From the NCBI GenBank assembly GCA_030390025.1, contig JASTWF010000328.1, forward strand, positions 496,001 to 539,888: a stretch of DNA of 43,888 nucleotides. The letters run 5' to 3'. A model generated the notes under the pieces. The model had not been told where the DNA came from and made no database searches. It saw only the letters and a list, made by a program, of their open reading frames with translations. The DNA comes from Squalus acanthias. Taxonomy: Eukaryota. Below are positions 11,346 through 22,995 of the stretch, piece by piece. A program made the translations under genes and the position numbers. The stretch's first letter is position 1. Every line of letters starts with the position of its first letter.

Positions 11346-11549
11346 GCAGGGCGGCCGCGTTGCCAACAGTCATTGTGATGTCACCGGTGATGCAGGTCGG
11401 CCATGTTGTCAATCGTCATTGTGATGTCACTGGTGATACAGGTCGGCCATGTTGTCAATAGTCATTGTGATGTCACTGATGATGCAGGTCGGCCGTGTTG
11501 TCAATAGTCATTGTGATGTCACCGATGATGCAGGTCGGCCGTGTTGTCA
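11346..11549. repeat. 46-bp minisatellite, about 4.4 copies
   Basis: Unit gcaggtcggccatgttgtcaatagtcattgtgatgtcactggtgat starts at 11346, 11392, 11438, 11484, 11530. Confidence 0.95.
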
Positions 11550-11819
11550 TTATTCTGAACTGCAGGAAAAGGTCACCAGAGAAACCTTGAAAAGAGTCCG
11601 CAGGGAGTGACTTTATTTGAAGAGTAAAGGTTACAGAGTAAAGCACGCAGATTGCCATGGGAAGGAAGGGCTCCTCTTTTCCCCTCTTCTTGCAGTTTAC
11701 CTCCTCACTGTGGAGGCCCAGAGATAATGTTTACAAGGTATGTGCAGCAGAGAGTGTTGTGTGCTTGTGGTTTATCGCTAATAATCACTGAGGCAGCCAG
11801 TTGTGGTTGTAAACAGATC

Positions 11820-12540
11820 AGGTGGCAACAAGAGCAGGTCAGAGGCTGGGTATTCTGCAGCGAGTCTCTCACCTCCTGACTCCCCAAGGCCTTTCCACCA
11901 TCTACAAGGTACAAGTCAGGAGTGTGATGGAATACTCTCCACTTGTCTGGATGAGTGCAGCTCCAACAACACTCAAAAAGCTCGACACCATCCAGGACAA
12001 AGCAGCCCGCTTGATCGGCAGCACATCCACCACCAAGATGCACTGCAGCAACTCGCCAAGGTTTCTTCGGCAGCATAGGAACAGGAGAAGGCCATTGAGC
12101 CCCTCAAGCCTGTTCGGCCATTCAATGAGATCATGGCTGATCTGTGACCTAACTCCATATACCCACCTTTGACCCATATCCCTAAAAACCTTTGGTTAAC
12201 CTCCCAAACCCATGACCTCGCCAAAGCTTCTTCGGCAGCACCTCCCAAACCCATGACCTCTACCACCTGGAAGGACAAGGGCAGCAGGCGCATGGAAACA
12301 CCACCACCTCCAAGTTCCCCTCCAAGTCACACACCATCCTTATTTGGAAATATAATCGCCATTCCTTTATCGTCGCTGGGTCAAAATCCTGGAACTCCCT
12401 CCCTAACAGCACTGTGGGAGCACCTTCACCACACGGACTGCAGCGGTTCAAGAAGGTGGCTCACCACCACCTGCTCAAGGGCAATTAGGGAGGGGCAATA
12501 ATTGCAATAAATGCCAGCCTTGCCAGCGACGCCCACATCT
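11820..12540 (+). mobile_element. Second CR1/L2-superfamily LINE copy with a nested CR1 tail at about 12074-12200
   Basis: ATRAGQRLGILQRV...VMEYSPL, near-identical to 1971-2706. Confidence 0.8.
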
Positions 12541-13079
12541 CAGACAAAAAGGAGTACAGGTGCATTCCTGACCAGAATGGTAGGTGGCTCAGTCTCAGGC
12601 CCATTCTGACTCGTCCTTCTCATATTCAGCACATATTCCAGGGCGATATGATAGAAATGTTTAACATGATGAAAGGTGGGATGGGGTTGATAGAAGCAGG
12701 CTGTTTCCAGTGGTTGAGGGGTCAAGACAAGGAGCCAGAGATACAAGATTAAATGTAGGAGAGTTAGAACAATGATTGAGAGAACCTTCTTCACACAGAG
12801 AGTCGTTATTAACGATAGTCATTGTGATGTCACTGACGATGTTGTGGAATTCTCTTCCAGGGTCAGAGGTTGGGTAACAAGGTTCTGTGGTGACAAGTGG
12901 TCCTCATGTTTTTATCCAGGACAGGCCTCAGCCCAGTCACTAGCTCCAAATGTTGGTGCAATGGTTCAAGCTGAGAGGTGCCAGGGATCGGGAGCTGCAG
13001 CAGCTGTAAATAAAATCTAACTGTAAATAATCACTGATATGGTTTATCTTCATTTATTCCTATTTTTAATAACTTTTGC

Positions 13080-13150
13080 TGAATGTGGCCCACAACAAGT
13101 GCCAGGATATCGGATCAGACCCACCATAGAAAATGAGTTTGACACCCCTG
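13080..13150. mobile_element. hAT/Charlie-type DNA transposon terminus
   Basis: gagtttgacacccctg is the reverse complement of the Charlie-type TIR caggggtgtcaaactc; partner end not found. Confidence 0.5.
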
Positions 13151-13930
13151 AGGTCGACAATGTCAACCGGATTCCCCTCATCCACCAACCGAACAACCTC
13201 GTCACAAAACTCCAGCTAGTTTGTAGACATGACCTTGTTTTCTGAAGCCGTGTTGAGTCTCTCCAACGGCCCTTTCCCTTTCCCCAGTGATCATAAACAG
13301 CATCTCTCAGGATCCCTTCAAGCATCTTCCCTGTGATCGAGGTCACACTGATGGGCCTGTAGTTCCCCGGCTCTGATCTGTCCCCGATTTGGAAAATGGG
13401 AGCGAGGTGAGCTGCCTTCCAATCTCAGGGAACAATCCCTGACTCTATGGAGCTGTTGATGATACGGGCAAGGGGCTCACAGAGCACCGTCCCATCTCTT
13501 TAAACACCCGTGAGTGGATATCATCTGGACCTGGAGCTCCAGCTAATTTCAGATTTCAGATTTTATCCAAGATGACAATCCCTTTCTATTTTAATATTTA
13601 TGATGTTATTGTCGACAGCACATCCCACAGCTGGAATCTGAGCATCATCCACAGGAGTGTAGACAGATGTGAAATAGTCATTTAACAGCTCTGTCACAGC
13701 CTGGGTATCTGTTTCAATCTGTCCTGAACTGTCTTTCAGTGACCCTAAACCATCTGTAATGGTCTTCTGACTCCTGACGTAGCTGGAAAAGCTTTTGCAA
13801 TTATTACCACAATTGTGCAGCATCTTCTTTTCCAAAGATCTCTGAGCTTCTCTAATGGCTGCTTTTGTCTCCCTCAATTCTGGGTGATATTTGTCCGTAT
13901 TCTCGTGTAAACTAAATTCATCTTGTTCCA
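13151..13930 (-). mobile_element. Old CR1 ORF2 fragment
   Basis: TSITGKMLEGILRD and ELLNDYFTSVYT in ORFs 13050..13346 and 13563..13931. Confidence 0.75.
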
Positions 13931-14918
13931 AACTGGGTTCAATGTGAGTCAGTTCGGCGAGTCAAGACATCATTTACCCCGAGACCTACGCTGGCCGGTG
14001 AAACCCCAGACAGTTCCTTCATAAGGATACCTCTGGTTCTCGCCATATATTTGTCAGGATACCGAAGCCCAGCTTTCTTACCGTCCACTCCTGGAGGCCC
14101 CACTCCCTGAGCCTACAACCTTCAGCAGGGTCAGTGGTGGAGTTCAACAGCAGGAGTGATCCCAGAGTAACTGTCGGGATCGCACCCCGTGGATGTTCCA
14201 GGTTGTGTATTTTTAGTTATCCTGGTTTCTATAACACATACATCAATAAAACAGGGAATTCCTGGAAACACGCTGCAGGTCCTTCTTTATCTGGAGATCA
14301 AATGTCTGTTGTATAATTATACCAGCAGTTAACAGGCTCCTGTGAACTCCTCCCTCTGCTATTTTAATGCAGACTTTAACAAATTTATTTTAAACGGGTT
14401 TATTTTAAATGGGTTAATGCCTGCCTTAAAATGGTAGACTCAGGACTGTCACACAAACACGTTAAATGATTACCAGTCATCTTTAGACTGGAATCTTAAA
14501 CCTGCCGTTTCACTTTCAGTCAGGAACAGATCGCAGTTTTGCACCAATCTCTGATTTGACAGCACGTTTCCAGCATTCACCGTTGTTCTTCCCGACTCGA
14601 AACACAGTTGTAAAGGAGCCTTCTATTCCGTGCCTAGGAGCTCTGAACCATGGAAGAGAGTGGCTGGGACACATTTCTCACAGGCCTCAAGATTAACCCG
14701 CATGGGAACTTTGCTGTCAGTGAAGAGAGACGAGAAATCCACAACAAGGTGTTTAAAACAAAACTGATTTATTTTACAAATATCCAGAATATTAAACTCC
14801 AGCCCAGTTACAGGGGTTATTAACGTCAGCAGAAACAAACCCCAACTATCAGAGTGAACATGGTTCAGTCTTGGATGTGATTAACAGCAGCAATAACAGC
14901 AGAATCCAACCCCTGCAA

Positions 14919-16094
14919 TCACTTGTGAACTCGCTGGTGCCTCAGCAGATCATTTCTGCTTTTAAAGCTCTTCTCACAGTCAGAACATTGAAAAGGTCTC
15001 TTATTGGTGTGAACAAGTTGGTGTGAAGTGAGGTGGGATGACTGAGTGAATCCCTTCCCACACACGGAGCAGGTGAACGGCCTCTCTCCAGTGTGAGTGC
15101 GCTGGTGTACAGTGAGTTCAGATGATCGCCTGAACCCAGTCCCGCAGTGAGAGCACCTGAACGGTCTCTCATCAGTGTGAACACGTTGATGGCACATCAG
15201 TTCCCCGGAACTTTTATAGCACTTCCCGCAGTCTGGGCATTGATAAGGTCTCTCATCAGTGTGAACTCGCTGGTGTATCAGCAGGTTGGATGACTGAGTG
15301 AATCCCTTCCCACACACGGAGCAGGTGAACGGCTTCTCTCCAGTGTGAGTGCGCTGGTGTACAGTGAGTTCAGATGATCGCCTGAACCCAGTCCCACAGT
15401 GAGAGCACCTGAACGGTCTCTCCCCAGTGTGAACACGTTGATGGCATGTCAGTTCCCCGGAACTTTTATAGCACTTCCCACAGTCCGGGCATTGATAAGG
15501 TCTCTCATCAGTGTGAACTCGCTGATGTATCAGCAGGTGGGATGAATTAGTGAATCCCTTCCCACACACGGAGCAGGTGAACGGCCTCTCCCCAGTGTGA
15601 GTGCATTGGTGTCGCAGCAGACCATTTGCGCTTTTAAAGCTCAGTTCACACTTAGAACATTTAAAAGGTCTCTTATCAGAGTGAACAAGTTGATGTCTCC
15701 GCAGGGTGGTAGAATGAGTGAATCCCTTCCCACACACGGAGCAGGTGAACGGTCTCTCCCCAGTGTGAATACGCCGGTGTGTCAGAAGGTGGGATAATTT
15801 AGTGAATCCTTTCCCACACATGGAGCAGGTGAATGGCCTCTCCCCAGTGTGACTGCGTTGATGAGTTTCCAGCTCGGATGGGCACCTGAATCCCTTCCCA
15901 CAGTCCCCACATTTCCACGGTTTCTCCGTGGTGCAGGTGTCCTTGTGTCTCTCCAGGTTGGACGATCGGTTGAAGCCTCGTCCACACACAGAACACGTGT
16001 ACGGTTTCTCCCCGCTGTGAATGGTGCGATGTTTTTTCAGGCTGTGTAACTGGTTAAAGCTCTTTCCACAGTCAGTGCACTGGAACACTCTCAC
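14919..16094 (-). CDS. C2H2 zinc-finger protein, 14 finger units (12 from the ACG at 15929); start uncertain
   Basis: Uninterrupted CxxC..HxxxH arrays with TGE(R/K)P linkers; 3-finger internal duplication; ACG instead of ATG at the MEKPW position. Confidence 0.75.
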   Translation of the reverse strand: MRVFQCTDCGKSFNQLHSLKKHRTIHSGEKPYTCSVCGRGFNRSSNLERHKDTCTTEKPWKCGDCGKGFRCPSELETHQRSHTGERPFTCSMCGKGFTKLSHLLTHRRIHTGERPFTCSVCGKGFTHSTTLRRHQLVHSDKRPFKCSKCELSFKSANGLLRHQCTHTGERPFTCSVCGKGFTNSSHLLIHQRVHTDERPYQCPDCGKCYKSSGELTCHQRVHTGERPFRCSHCGTGFRRSSELTVHQRTHTGEKPFTCSVCGKGFTQSSNLLIHQRVHTDERPYQCPDCGKCYKSSGELMCHQRVHTDERPFRCSHCGTGFRRSSELTVHQRTHTGERPFTCSVCGKGFTQSSHLTSHQLVHTNKRPFQCSDCEKSFKSRNDLLRHQRVHK

Positions 16095-16162
16095 TCAGAT
16101 GTGTGTGTCTCGATGCTTTTCCAGTCACACTGATGTTTGAAATTCTTTTTGAAAATGGTGAG

Positions 16163-16478
16163 ACACCCGCTGTGTGCAGAGTGAGAATAAAATCAATGAG
16201 TCAATGATTGTCTCTCCTGGTCACTGGGACCCTGAAGCCCCGCCCACTCTCTACTCCTGCCCAAGATGGACGCGCATGCGCAGTGATACCGCCCTGTCCA
16301 AGATGGCGGCCAGTGACCCCGCTGACCCGGGCCGTCGGGCCTGTCACCGCGGGGCCTGTGGGCTCTTAGTCGGGACCTGAGGCCTACACCAGGTGTTTAT
16401 GAAGCTTCCCAGCCCACCCGCAGGTCCAATTCCTTCCAGAGCCCATAATCTCCTACCGCCTCCCGGAACCGTGTCTTC
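16163..16478 (-). promoter_or_regulatory. ZNF promoter/leader module B
   Basis: Near-identical to 34556-34880; caagatgg (YY1-like) x2, NRF1 gcgcatgcgc, GC box. Confidence 0.7.
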
Positions 16479-16554
16479 TGCTGTAGGGAAAGATTTGAAT
16501 ACATTTTTTCTGTGTGTATATTGTGAATTCTGGGAGATTCTCTCACAGCTACCC

Positions 16555-16590
16555 TACCTGAAGAAGGAGCGACAGCTCCGAAAGCTTGTA
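16555..16590 (+). ncRNA. Minimal hammerhead ribozyme motif in a Penelope-like element end
   Basis: CTGAAGA, stem ggagc/gctcc, GAAA, palindromic AAGCTT; tac/gta stem I; followed by ctgttggactataacctggtgttg, which continues at 20431-20495. Confidence 0.6.
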
Positions 16591-16627
16591 AAATTAAATA
16601 AATCTGTTGGACTATAACCTGGTGTTG

Positions 16628-19600
16628 CTCTTTTTGGTTTGACAAATCAAAATTTACTGTAAATCAATTAAAACTTTAAATGAAACTTAATAAATCAAAT
16701 CAAAATTTGGAAGTCCGGGGTGACGATGCACTCCAGCCCCCGCGGCGCCCACCGGTCGCGGAAAAACTCAAGCGTGCCGGCGGACACCGCGTGCTCCATC
16801 TCCAGGGCCACCCGGGCGCGAACATGGCCGCGGAAGAGAGGCAGGCAATCGGGCCGAACGACCCCCTCGACCGCCCGCTGCCTGGACCAATTAATGGCTT
16901 TCTTGGCCAGGCCCAGGAGCAGTCCTACGAGGAGGTCCTCCGACCTACCCGCTCCCCTCCGCACCGGGTGACCGTAGATCAGGAGCGTGGGGCTGAAGTG
17001 CAACCAGAAATTGAGGAGCAGCCCCTTCAAATAATGAAAGAGGGGCTGCAACCTCTCACACTCAATGTAAATGTGATAGACGGACTCCTCCAGGCCGCAG
17101 AAATGACAAGCAGCCTGGGAGTCCGTAAACCTACTTAAAATCCTATTGCACGGGACTGCTCCGTGCAACACCCTCCAGGCCAAGTCCCCAATAGAACAAG
17201 GGAAGACTCCCGCGTAGAGAGCCTTCCAATGGGGACCTTCGCCTCCGCCGGACGGCAGGATGGTACGCCAAGGCGTGTCCGGACGGCAGACGAAGATGGC
17301 AAAGTGGAGAGTGTGCAGGAGCAGCCCGTACAGGAAACGCCTCCGTGCGGATTGAAAGGGCACGGAGGGCATTTCTCCGAGAAGGCTCAAGTGGTGAGGC
17401 GGCGGCTCCCGAGGGAGGATTCGGGGCCGGGCGCCGATAAGGAATTCCGTCCGAACGGGGGTCAGTTCGGACGGGATTGCCCCACGTGCTTGAGCCTCCT
17501 CGACACACCTAGTGGAGACGGGGCCCAGTGCCACTTTTAGCGACTCGATGGCTTTGACCGCGAGCCGGACGTTGACCCAGGACATGCGCCTCGCCAACTC
17601 CTCCGGCGCCATCCAGCCCGCTCCTCCGCCATCGAGCAGGTCCCCGACTCTGGTCACCTTACCGGGCACAGCCCTGCCCTCCGCCAGCCAGCCGAACCCG
17701 CGGTCGTGGAGGTGCGGATTCCTGAACAGCGGCTCCCGAAGGACGGCCGCCGCTCCTGACGGGGGAGAACTGCGCTCGGAGGCGACGCTGTTCCAAACCC
17801 ATAGCAGTTCCTGGTAGAAGACAGGCAGCTCCCGCAGGCTGGCACGCGTGCCACCCACTCTCACAAACAGGAGCTGCGTGTCGTAATTGAGGCCGTGCAG
17901 CTGGCGGAAGAAATACGTCGCCAGCGCACGCCACCTAGGAGGATTCTCCACGTACAGGTATCTCTGCAGCGTCTGAAGATGGAAAGTCGCCGCCTGGGTG
18001 CGAAGGCACACCAGCGCCTGACCGCCCTCCCTAAGCGGGAGACTCAAAACCGCGGCAGAGACCCAGTGCTTCCTTTTGTCCCAGAAGAAGTTGACGAGCT
18101 TCTTCTGCATCTTGGCGACAAACGCAGGGGGAGGGATCAAAGTGACCAACCGGTACCACAACATGGCGGCCACCAGCTGGTTTATGACCAGCGCTCGACC
18201 CCTGTAGGACAACACTCGGAGCAGTCCTGTCCAGCGCCCTAGGCGAGCGGTGACTTTGGCCTCCAGCTCTTGCCAGTTCGCCGGCCAGGCGTCCTCGGCC
18301 GGGCTGAGGTAGACTCCCAGGTAGAGGAGGTGCGTGGTGCTCCAGGCGAAAGGCCCAAACTCCTCCGGCAGGGAGTCCACCCGCCATGGGCCCACCAGGA
18401 GTCCAGAACATTTCTCCCAGTTGATCTTGGTGGAGGATGCGTCCGAGTAAATCTGCTGGCATTCTCGCATCCTCCGCAAGTCGACGGGATCCGTGACCGC
18501 GAGGAGCACGTCATCGGCGTAAGCCGAGAGGACCACCTCCACGCCCGGCCCTTGCAGAGCCAGTCCCGTCAACCTCTTCCGCAAGAGGCGCAGGAAAGGC
18601 TCCACGCAAACGGCGTATAACTGACCGGACATGGGGCATCCCTGACGCACCCCCCTCCCGAAGCGAAGGGGCGCCGTCAAAGACCCGTTAACTTTAATCA
18701 GACACTCCGCGGCGGCGTACAGAAGTCGGATCCGGGCGACGAAATGCGTCCCGAACCCGAATGCGCGCAGAGTCCCGAAAAAATACTCGTGATCCACCCT
18801 GTCGAACGCCTTCTCCTGATCCACGGAAAGGAAGGCGACCGACAGACCAGCCCTCTGGGAATGGTGGACCAGGTCCCGGACCAGATGGATGTTATCGTGG
18901 ATACTCCGGCCCGGGACCATGTAGGACTGGTCGGGGTGGATCATGCGGGCCAGCACGGTGCCAAGGCGAGCAGACATAGCCCTGGCGAAAATTTTGTAGT
19001 CCGTGCTGAGGAGGGAGACCGGGCGCCAGTTCTTAAGTAGGCGGAGATCGCCCTTCTTGGGCAGCAGGACGATGACCGCCCTGCGCCAAGAGAGGGGCAT
19101 CTCCCCGGTCGCCAGACTTTCCCCCAGCACCCGCGCGTAGTCGTCCCCCAAGACGTCCCAGAACGCCCTGTGGAACTCCACGGTCAGCCCGTCCAGCCCC
19201 GGGGACTTGCCCCTCGAGAGCTGGCGCAGGGCGCCGGTCAGCTCCGCCAGGCTTAGCGGAGCTTCTAAATTCTCGGCGCCCTCCGGGCCGACCTTCGGCA
19301 GGTCCTCCCACAAAACTCTGCGCGCATCCTCGCTGGACGGATCCGAAGAGAACAGAGCCCCGTAATAGGCCCGGGCCTCCGCGCTGATGCCCTCCGGATC
19401 CGAGACCAGAGATCCGTCGTCGGCCAGCAGCCCCAAGAGCTGCTTACGGACCCCCCGTCTTTTTTCCAGCGAGTAGAAGAAGGGGGAGCCGCGGTCCAGG
19501 TCCCGCAGGAACTGGATCCGCGACCTCACGTACGCGCCTCGGGACCCGACCAGCTGCAGGTCCTTCAGCGCGCCCTTCTTCTCTTCGTACACCTTCCGCA

Positions 19601-20430
19601 GGGCCGGGTCCTCGACGACCTGACCGAGACGGGACTCCAGGTCGAGCACTTCTTTCTCCAATCGCCCGACCCGGGCCTCCCGCCTCTTGGTCGACCCCTT
19701 CGCGTACTCCTGACAGAAGACGCGGACGTGAGCCTTGCCCACATCCCACCATAGCCTCAAGGAGGGGAAGCCTCCCCGCTTCCTTCTCCAGTCGGCCCAG
19801 AACCGGCGAAACGAATCCCGGAACCGCGCGTCCTCCAGCAGCAGGTTGTTAAAATGCCAGTACGCGGACCCCCCCCGCGCGCGCAGCGGAGCGAGCTCCG
19901 CCCACACCAGGTGGTGGTCCGTGCACGGCACCGGCCGCATGGAAGCCGCCGGAACACAGGAGACGTACGCCCGGGAAATGTAAAGGCGGTCGATTCTGGA
20001 CCTTCCTCCTCCAGACCTCACGCTCGTGAAGGCGCTGGAGTCGGGATGGAGATTTCGCCAGACGTCCACCAAGTCGAAGGACCCGACCAGGTCCCGCAAC
20101 TTCTCCATCGCCGCTGGGCTTCGCGGGGGACCCGACCGGTCCCGCGCCTCGAGGGTACAATTGAAATCCCCCCCGAGGATGACGCACTCGCCCACGTCGA
20201 TGGAGCCCAGAAGAGCGGACACTTCTCCGAAGAAGCGCACTTGCTGCGCACCGGTCCGGGGGGCGTACACGTTCACTAAATGGAGCGGCACGCCTCCCAG
20301 GCGAACAGTGACCTGGAGCAAGCGGCCCGGCACGTGCTCCTTGACCCTCATGATCTCCGGCTGAAAATGCGGGGCCAGCAAGACAGCCACCCCGCAGGAA
20401 TTGTTAGAGAGGTGACTCATGCTGACCCCT
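16628..20430 (-). mobile_element. Tx1-clade (L1 group) non-LTR retrotransposon, 5'-truncated, ORF2 otherwise intact
   Basis: ORF 16695..20453 has APE endonuclease motifs (GGDFN, SRIDR, TDH), RT (DQEKAFD, RQGCP, YADD) and a C-terminal C-x2-C...H-x4-C; TSD cctggtgttg at 16618-16627 and 20431-20440. Confidence 0.93.
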
Positions 20431-20496
20431 CCTGGTGTTGTGCGACCTCTCAATTTTGTCCACCCCAGTCCAACAGCGGCATCTCTGCATCATGAC

Positions 20497-21122
20497 CTTT
20501 ATAAATAGAGGCATAGAGTACAAAAGCAAGGAAGTTATGATGAACCTTTATAAAACACTGGTTTGGCCTCAACTGGATTATTGTGTCAAATTCTGGGCAC
20601 TGCACTTTATGAAGGATGTGAAGGCCTCAGAGAGGGTGCAGAAAAGTTTTACAAGAATGGTTCCAGGGATGAGGGACTTTGGTTATGTGGATAGACTGGA
20701 GAAGCTGGGGTTGTCCTCCTGAGAGCAGAGAAGGTTGAGAGGAGATTTGATAGAGGTGTTCAAAATCACGAGGGTATGGACAGAGTAGATAGAGGGAAAC
20801 TGTTCCCATTGGCGGAAGGGTCGAGAACCAGAGGACACAGATTTAAGGTGATTGGCAGAAGAACCAAAGGCGACATGAGGAAAAACTTTTTTACGCAGCG
20901 AGTGGTTAGGATCTGGAATGCACTGCCTGAAAGGGTGGTGGAGGCAGATTCAATCACGGCTTTCAAAAGGGAATTGGATAAGTACCTGAAGTAAAGAAAT
21001 TTGCAGGGCTACGGGGAAAGGGCGGGGGAGTGGGACTAGCTGAAGTGATCTTGCAGAGAGCCGGCACGGGCTCGACGGGCTGAATGGCCTCCTTCTGTGC
21101 TGTAACCATTCTATGATTCTAT
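20497..21122 (+). mobile_element. Young CR1 3' fragment, near-identical to 8830-9445
   Basis: Direct sequence match including UTR and tail. Confidence 0.9.
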
Positions 21123-21197
21123 AAAATATTAGAAAGTTTGTGCCACAGAAGCACGAGGTTTATCTGCTTTTATTCATGAATTTAAAAAGTCTGTATT

Positions 21198-21870
21198 AAA
21201 ATCTGAGCCAGTGTGTTGTGAGACAAAGAGCCTTGTGTCCAATAAGGGGAATAAAGGCCCACAGCCTCCCCTGGCCCCGGGCCCTGAACAAGGGACTGGA
21301 GAAACTCGCTGCCCCGCGGATCAGACAATCAGCCGGCGCTAGTCCCGCCCCTCGGGCTCCCCGATTGGTTGGAGGACCCGCCGCCGGCTCGCTCCTCCAG
21401 CCCCGCCCCGCTCGCTCCCTATTGGTCGGAAGCTCACGTCAATCAGGCCGTGGGCCCGGGTCACGTGTCCCCAAGGAGATCACGTGCTCCGTCCAACTGA
21501 CTCCGCTCGGTCCGGGGCCTCGCGGACTCTCAGGTTTTTCTATTTCTCTTTATTCTCTCCCGATCCACCCCTCCCCCCCACCCCGCGCGATTCACCACCC
21601 AATCGGAGCGGAGAAAACTCACTTTGCGTCACCGATCGCGACTCTGTAACCGACACCAAGGCCTTTCCCCGGAATCCCCGCGCCGACTCCGTCCGACAGG
21701 ATCCGAGTGCGCATGCGCAGCTCCGAGTGGGGGAGGGGGTTGGTCCCATCTGGGCATGCGCAGTTATTGCCCTTGGTGACCGGGAGGGGTCGCTGTGCCG
21801 GACTCGGCACAAACCGCCGTCCCGCGTGCGCATGTGCGGACACTCGGCTGTCAATCAGCCAGAAGAGGTC
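21198..21870 (+). promoter_or_regulatory. CpG-island promoter (module A plus NRF1-rich segment)
   Basis: CCAAT/ATTGG, GC boxes, cacgtca, gcgcatgcgc and variants at about 21708, 21752 and 21827. Confidence 0.7.
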
Positions 21871-21887
21871 GCTGGTGAGACCAGTGA

Positions 21888-22550
21888 AGAAAGAAAGACT
21901 TGCATTTATATAGCGCCTTTCACCACCACCGGACGTCCCAAAGCGCTTTACAGCCAATGAAGTACTTTTGAAGTGTAGTCAATGTTGTAATCTGGAAACG
22001 CGGCAGTTAATTAGCGCACAGCAAGCTCCCACAAACAGCAATGTGATAATGACCAGATAATCTATCTTTTTGTTAACTCTGTTTCTCTCTCTACGGATGC
22101 TGCCTGGCCTGCTGAGTGTTTCCAGCATTTTCTGTTGTTATTTCAGATTTCCAGCATCCGCAGTATTTTGCTATTATCCTTTTGTTATGTTGATTGATGG
22201 GATAAACATTGGCTCGGACACCGGGGATAATCCCCTGCTCTTTCCCACATTACAGCAGTGACGACACCTCAAAAGTACTTCAATGGCTGTAAAGCACTTC
22301 AAGACGTCTGGTGGTTATGAAAGCACTGTATAAATGCAAGTCTTTCTTTCTCGAAATAGTGCCATGGGATCTTTAACATCCACCTGAGAGAGCAGACAGG
22401 GCCTCAGTTTAATGTCTCATCCGAAAGACGCCACCTCTGACAGTGCCTCAGTACTGCACTGGAGTGTCAGCCTGGATTTTTGTGTTCAAGTCTCTGGAGT
22501 GGGACTTGAACTGACAACCTATGCCTCAGAGGCGAGAGTGCTACCCACTG
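21888..22550 (-). mobile_element. Near full-length SacSINE1-like DeuSINE with two nested inserts
   Basis: tRNA-like head at 22500-22550; Deu-domain-like ggatgagacattaaac...aaagatcccatggcactatt; ctttc tail; nested opposite-strand SINE tail at about 22244-22350. Confidence 0.8.
22076..22175 (+). mobile_element. 100-bp Penelope-derived terminal fragment with an approximately 12-bp TSD
   Basis: actctgtttctctctctacggatgctgcctggcctgctgag... flanked by atc(t/c)ttttgtta at 22064-22075 and 22176-22187; a related piece lies at 39051-39110. Confidence 0.55.
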
Positions 22551-22574
22551 TCATCTTCCAAAATTCTATAGATG

Positions 22575-22820
22575 TTGCGGCTCCGCATGCGCACCCGATG
22601 TCCCAACCGCGGGGTTTTGTGCGCTGAGCATGCGCGTTGGGATGGGCGATTGTGGAGCAGGAGGGAGAGCGCGGGGGCCATGAGCACATGGGCGGGGCTC
22701 AGCGTCAATAGAGCGCTTTCTGGAGCGCCGGGGCTTGTGGGTATTACAGCCGCCATTACTGCTGATCCTTTCAACCAACCTGTGCAGCAGCTGGAGCCTG
22801 AAAATCAGCTTCACTGCCCC
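22575..22820 (+). promoter_or_regulatory. ZNF promoter module C
   Basis: Homologous to 4125-4340; NRF1-like gcatgcgc twice. Confidence 0.65.
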
Positions 22821-22995
22821 TAGGTTCGGAAAGGGGAAAATTAAACAACAGTTTGCCTCTGATCCTTTTCTGAACTTGATTTACAGGGTTATAGAAGTGG
22901 AGCAGTTACAGGCGGGAAGCTCAGACCAAACATCACGTCAAAATCTGACAGAGTCACTCGATTCATCCGGACCTGAATATCATCGGCCTTTGCAC

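Noticed and set aside
16190..16240. C/D-box snoRNA in the repeated aatgattg...ctga segment
   Set aside because: Box C is imperfect, the span is too short, and on the gene strand it reads as a branch point plus splice acceptor
20431..20453. Annotated start of the 1252-aa Tx1 ORF
   Set aside because: Lies in the TSD and flank outside the element and is not ATG; the element is 5'-truncated within the endonuclease
16680..20495. Many short overlapping ORFs on both strands within Tx1
   Set aside because: By-products of high GC content
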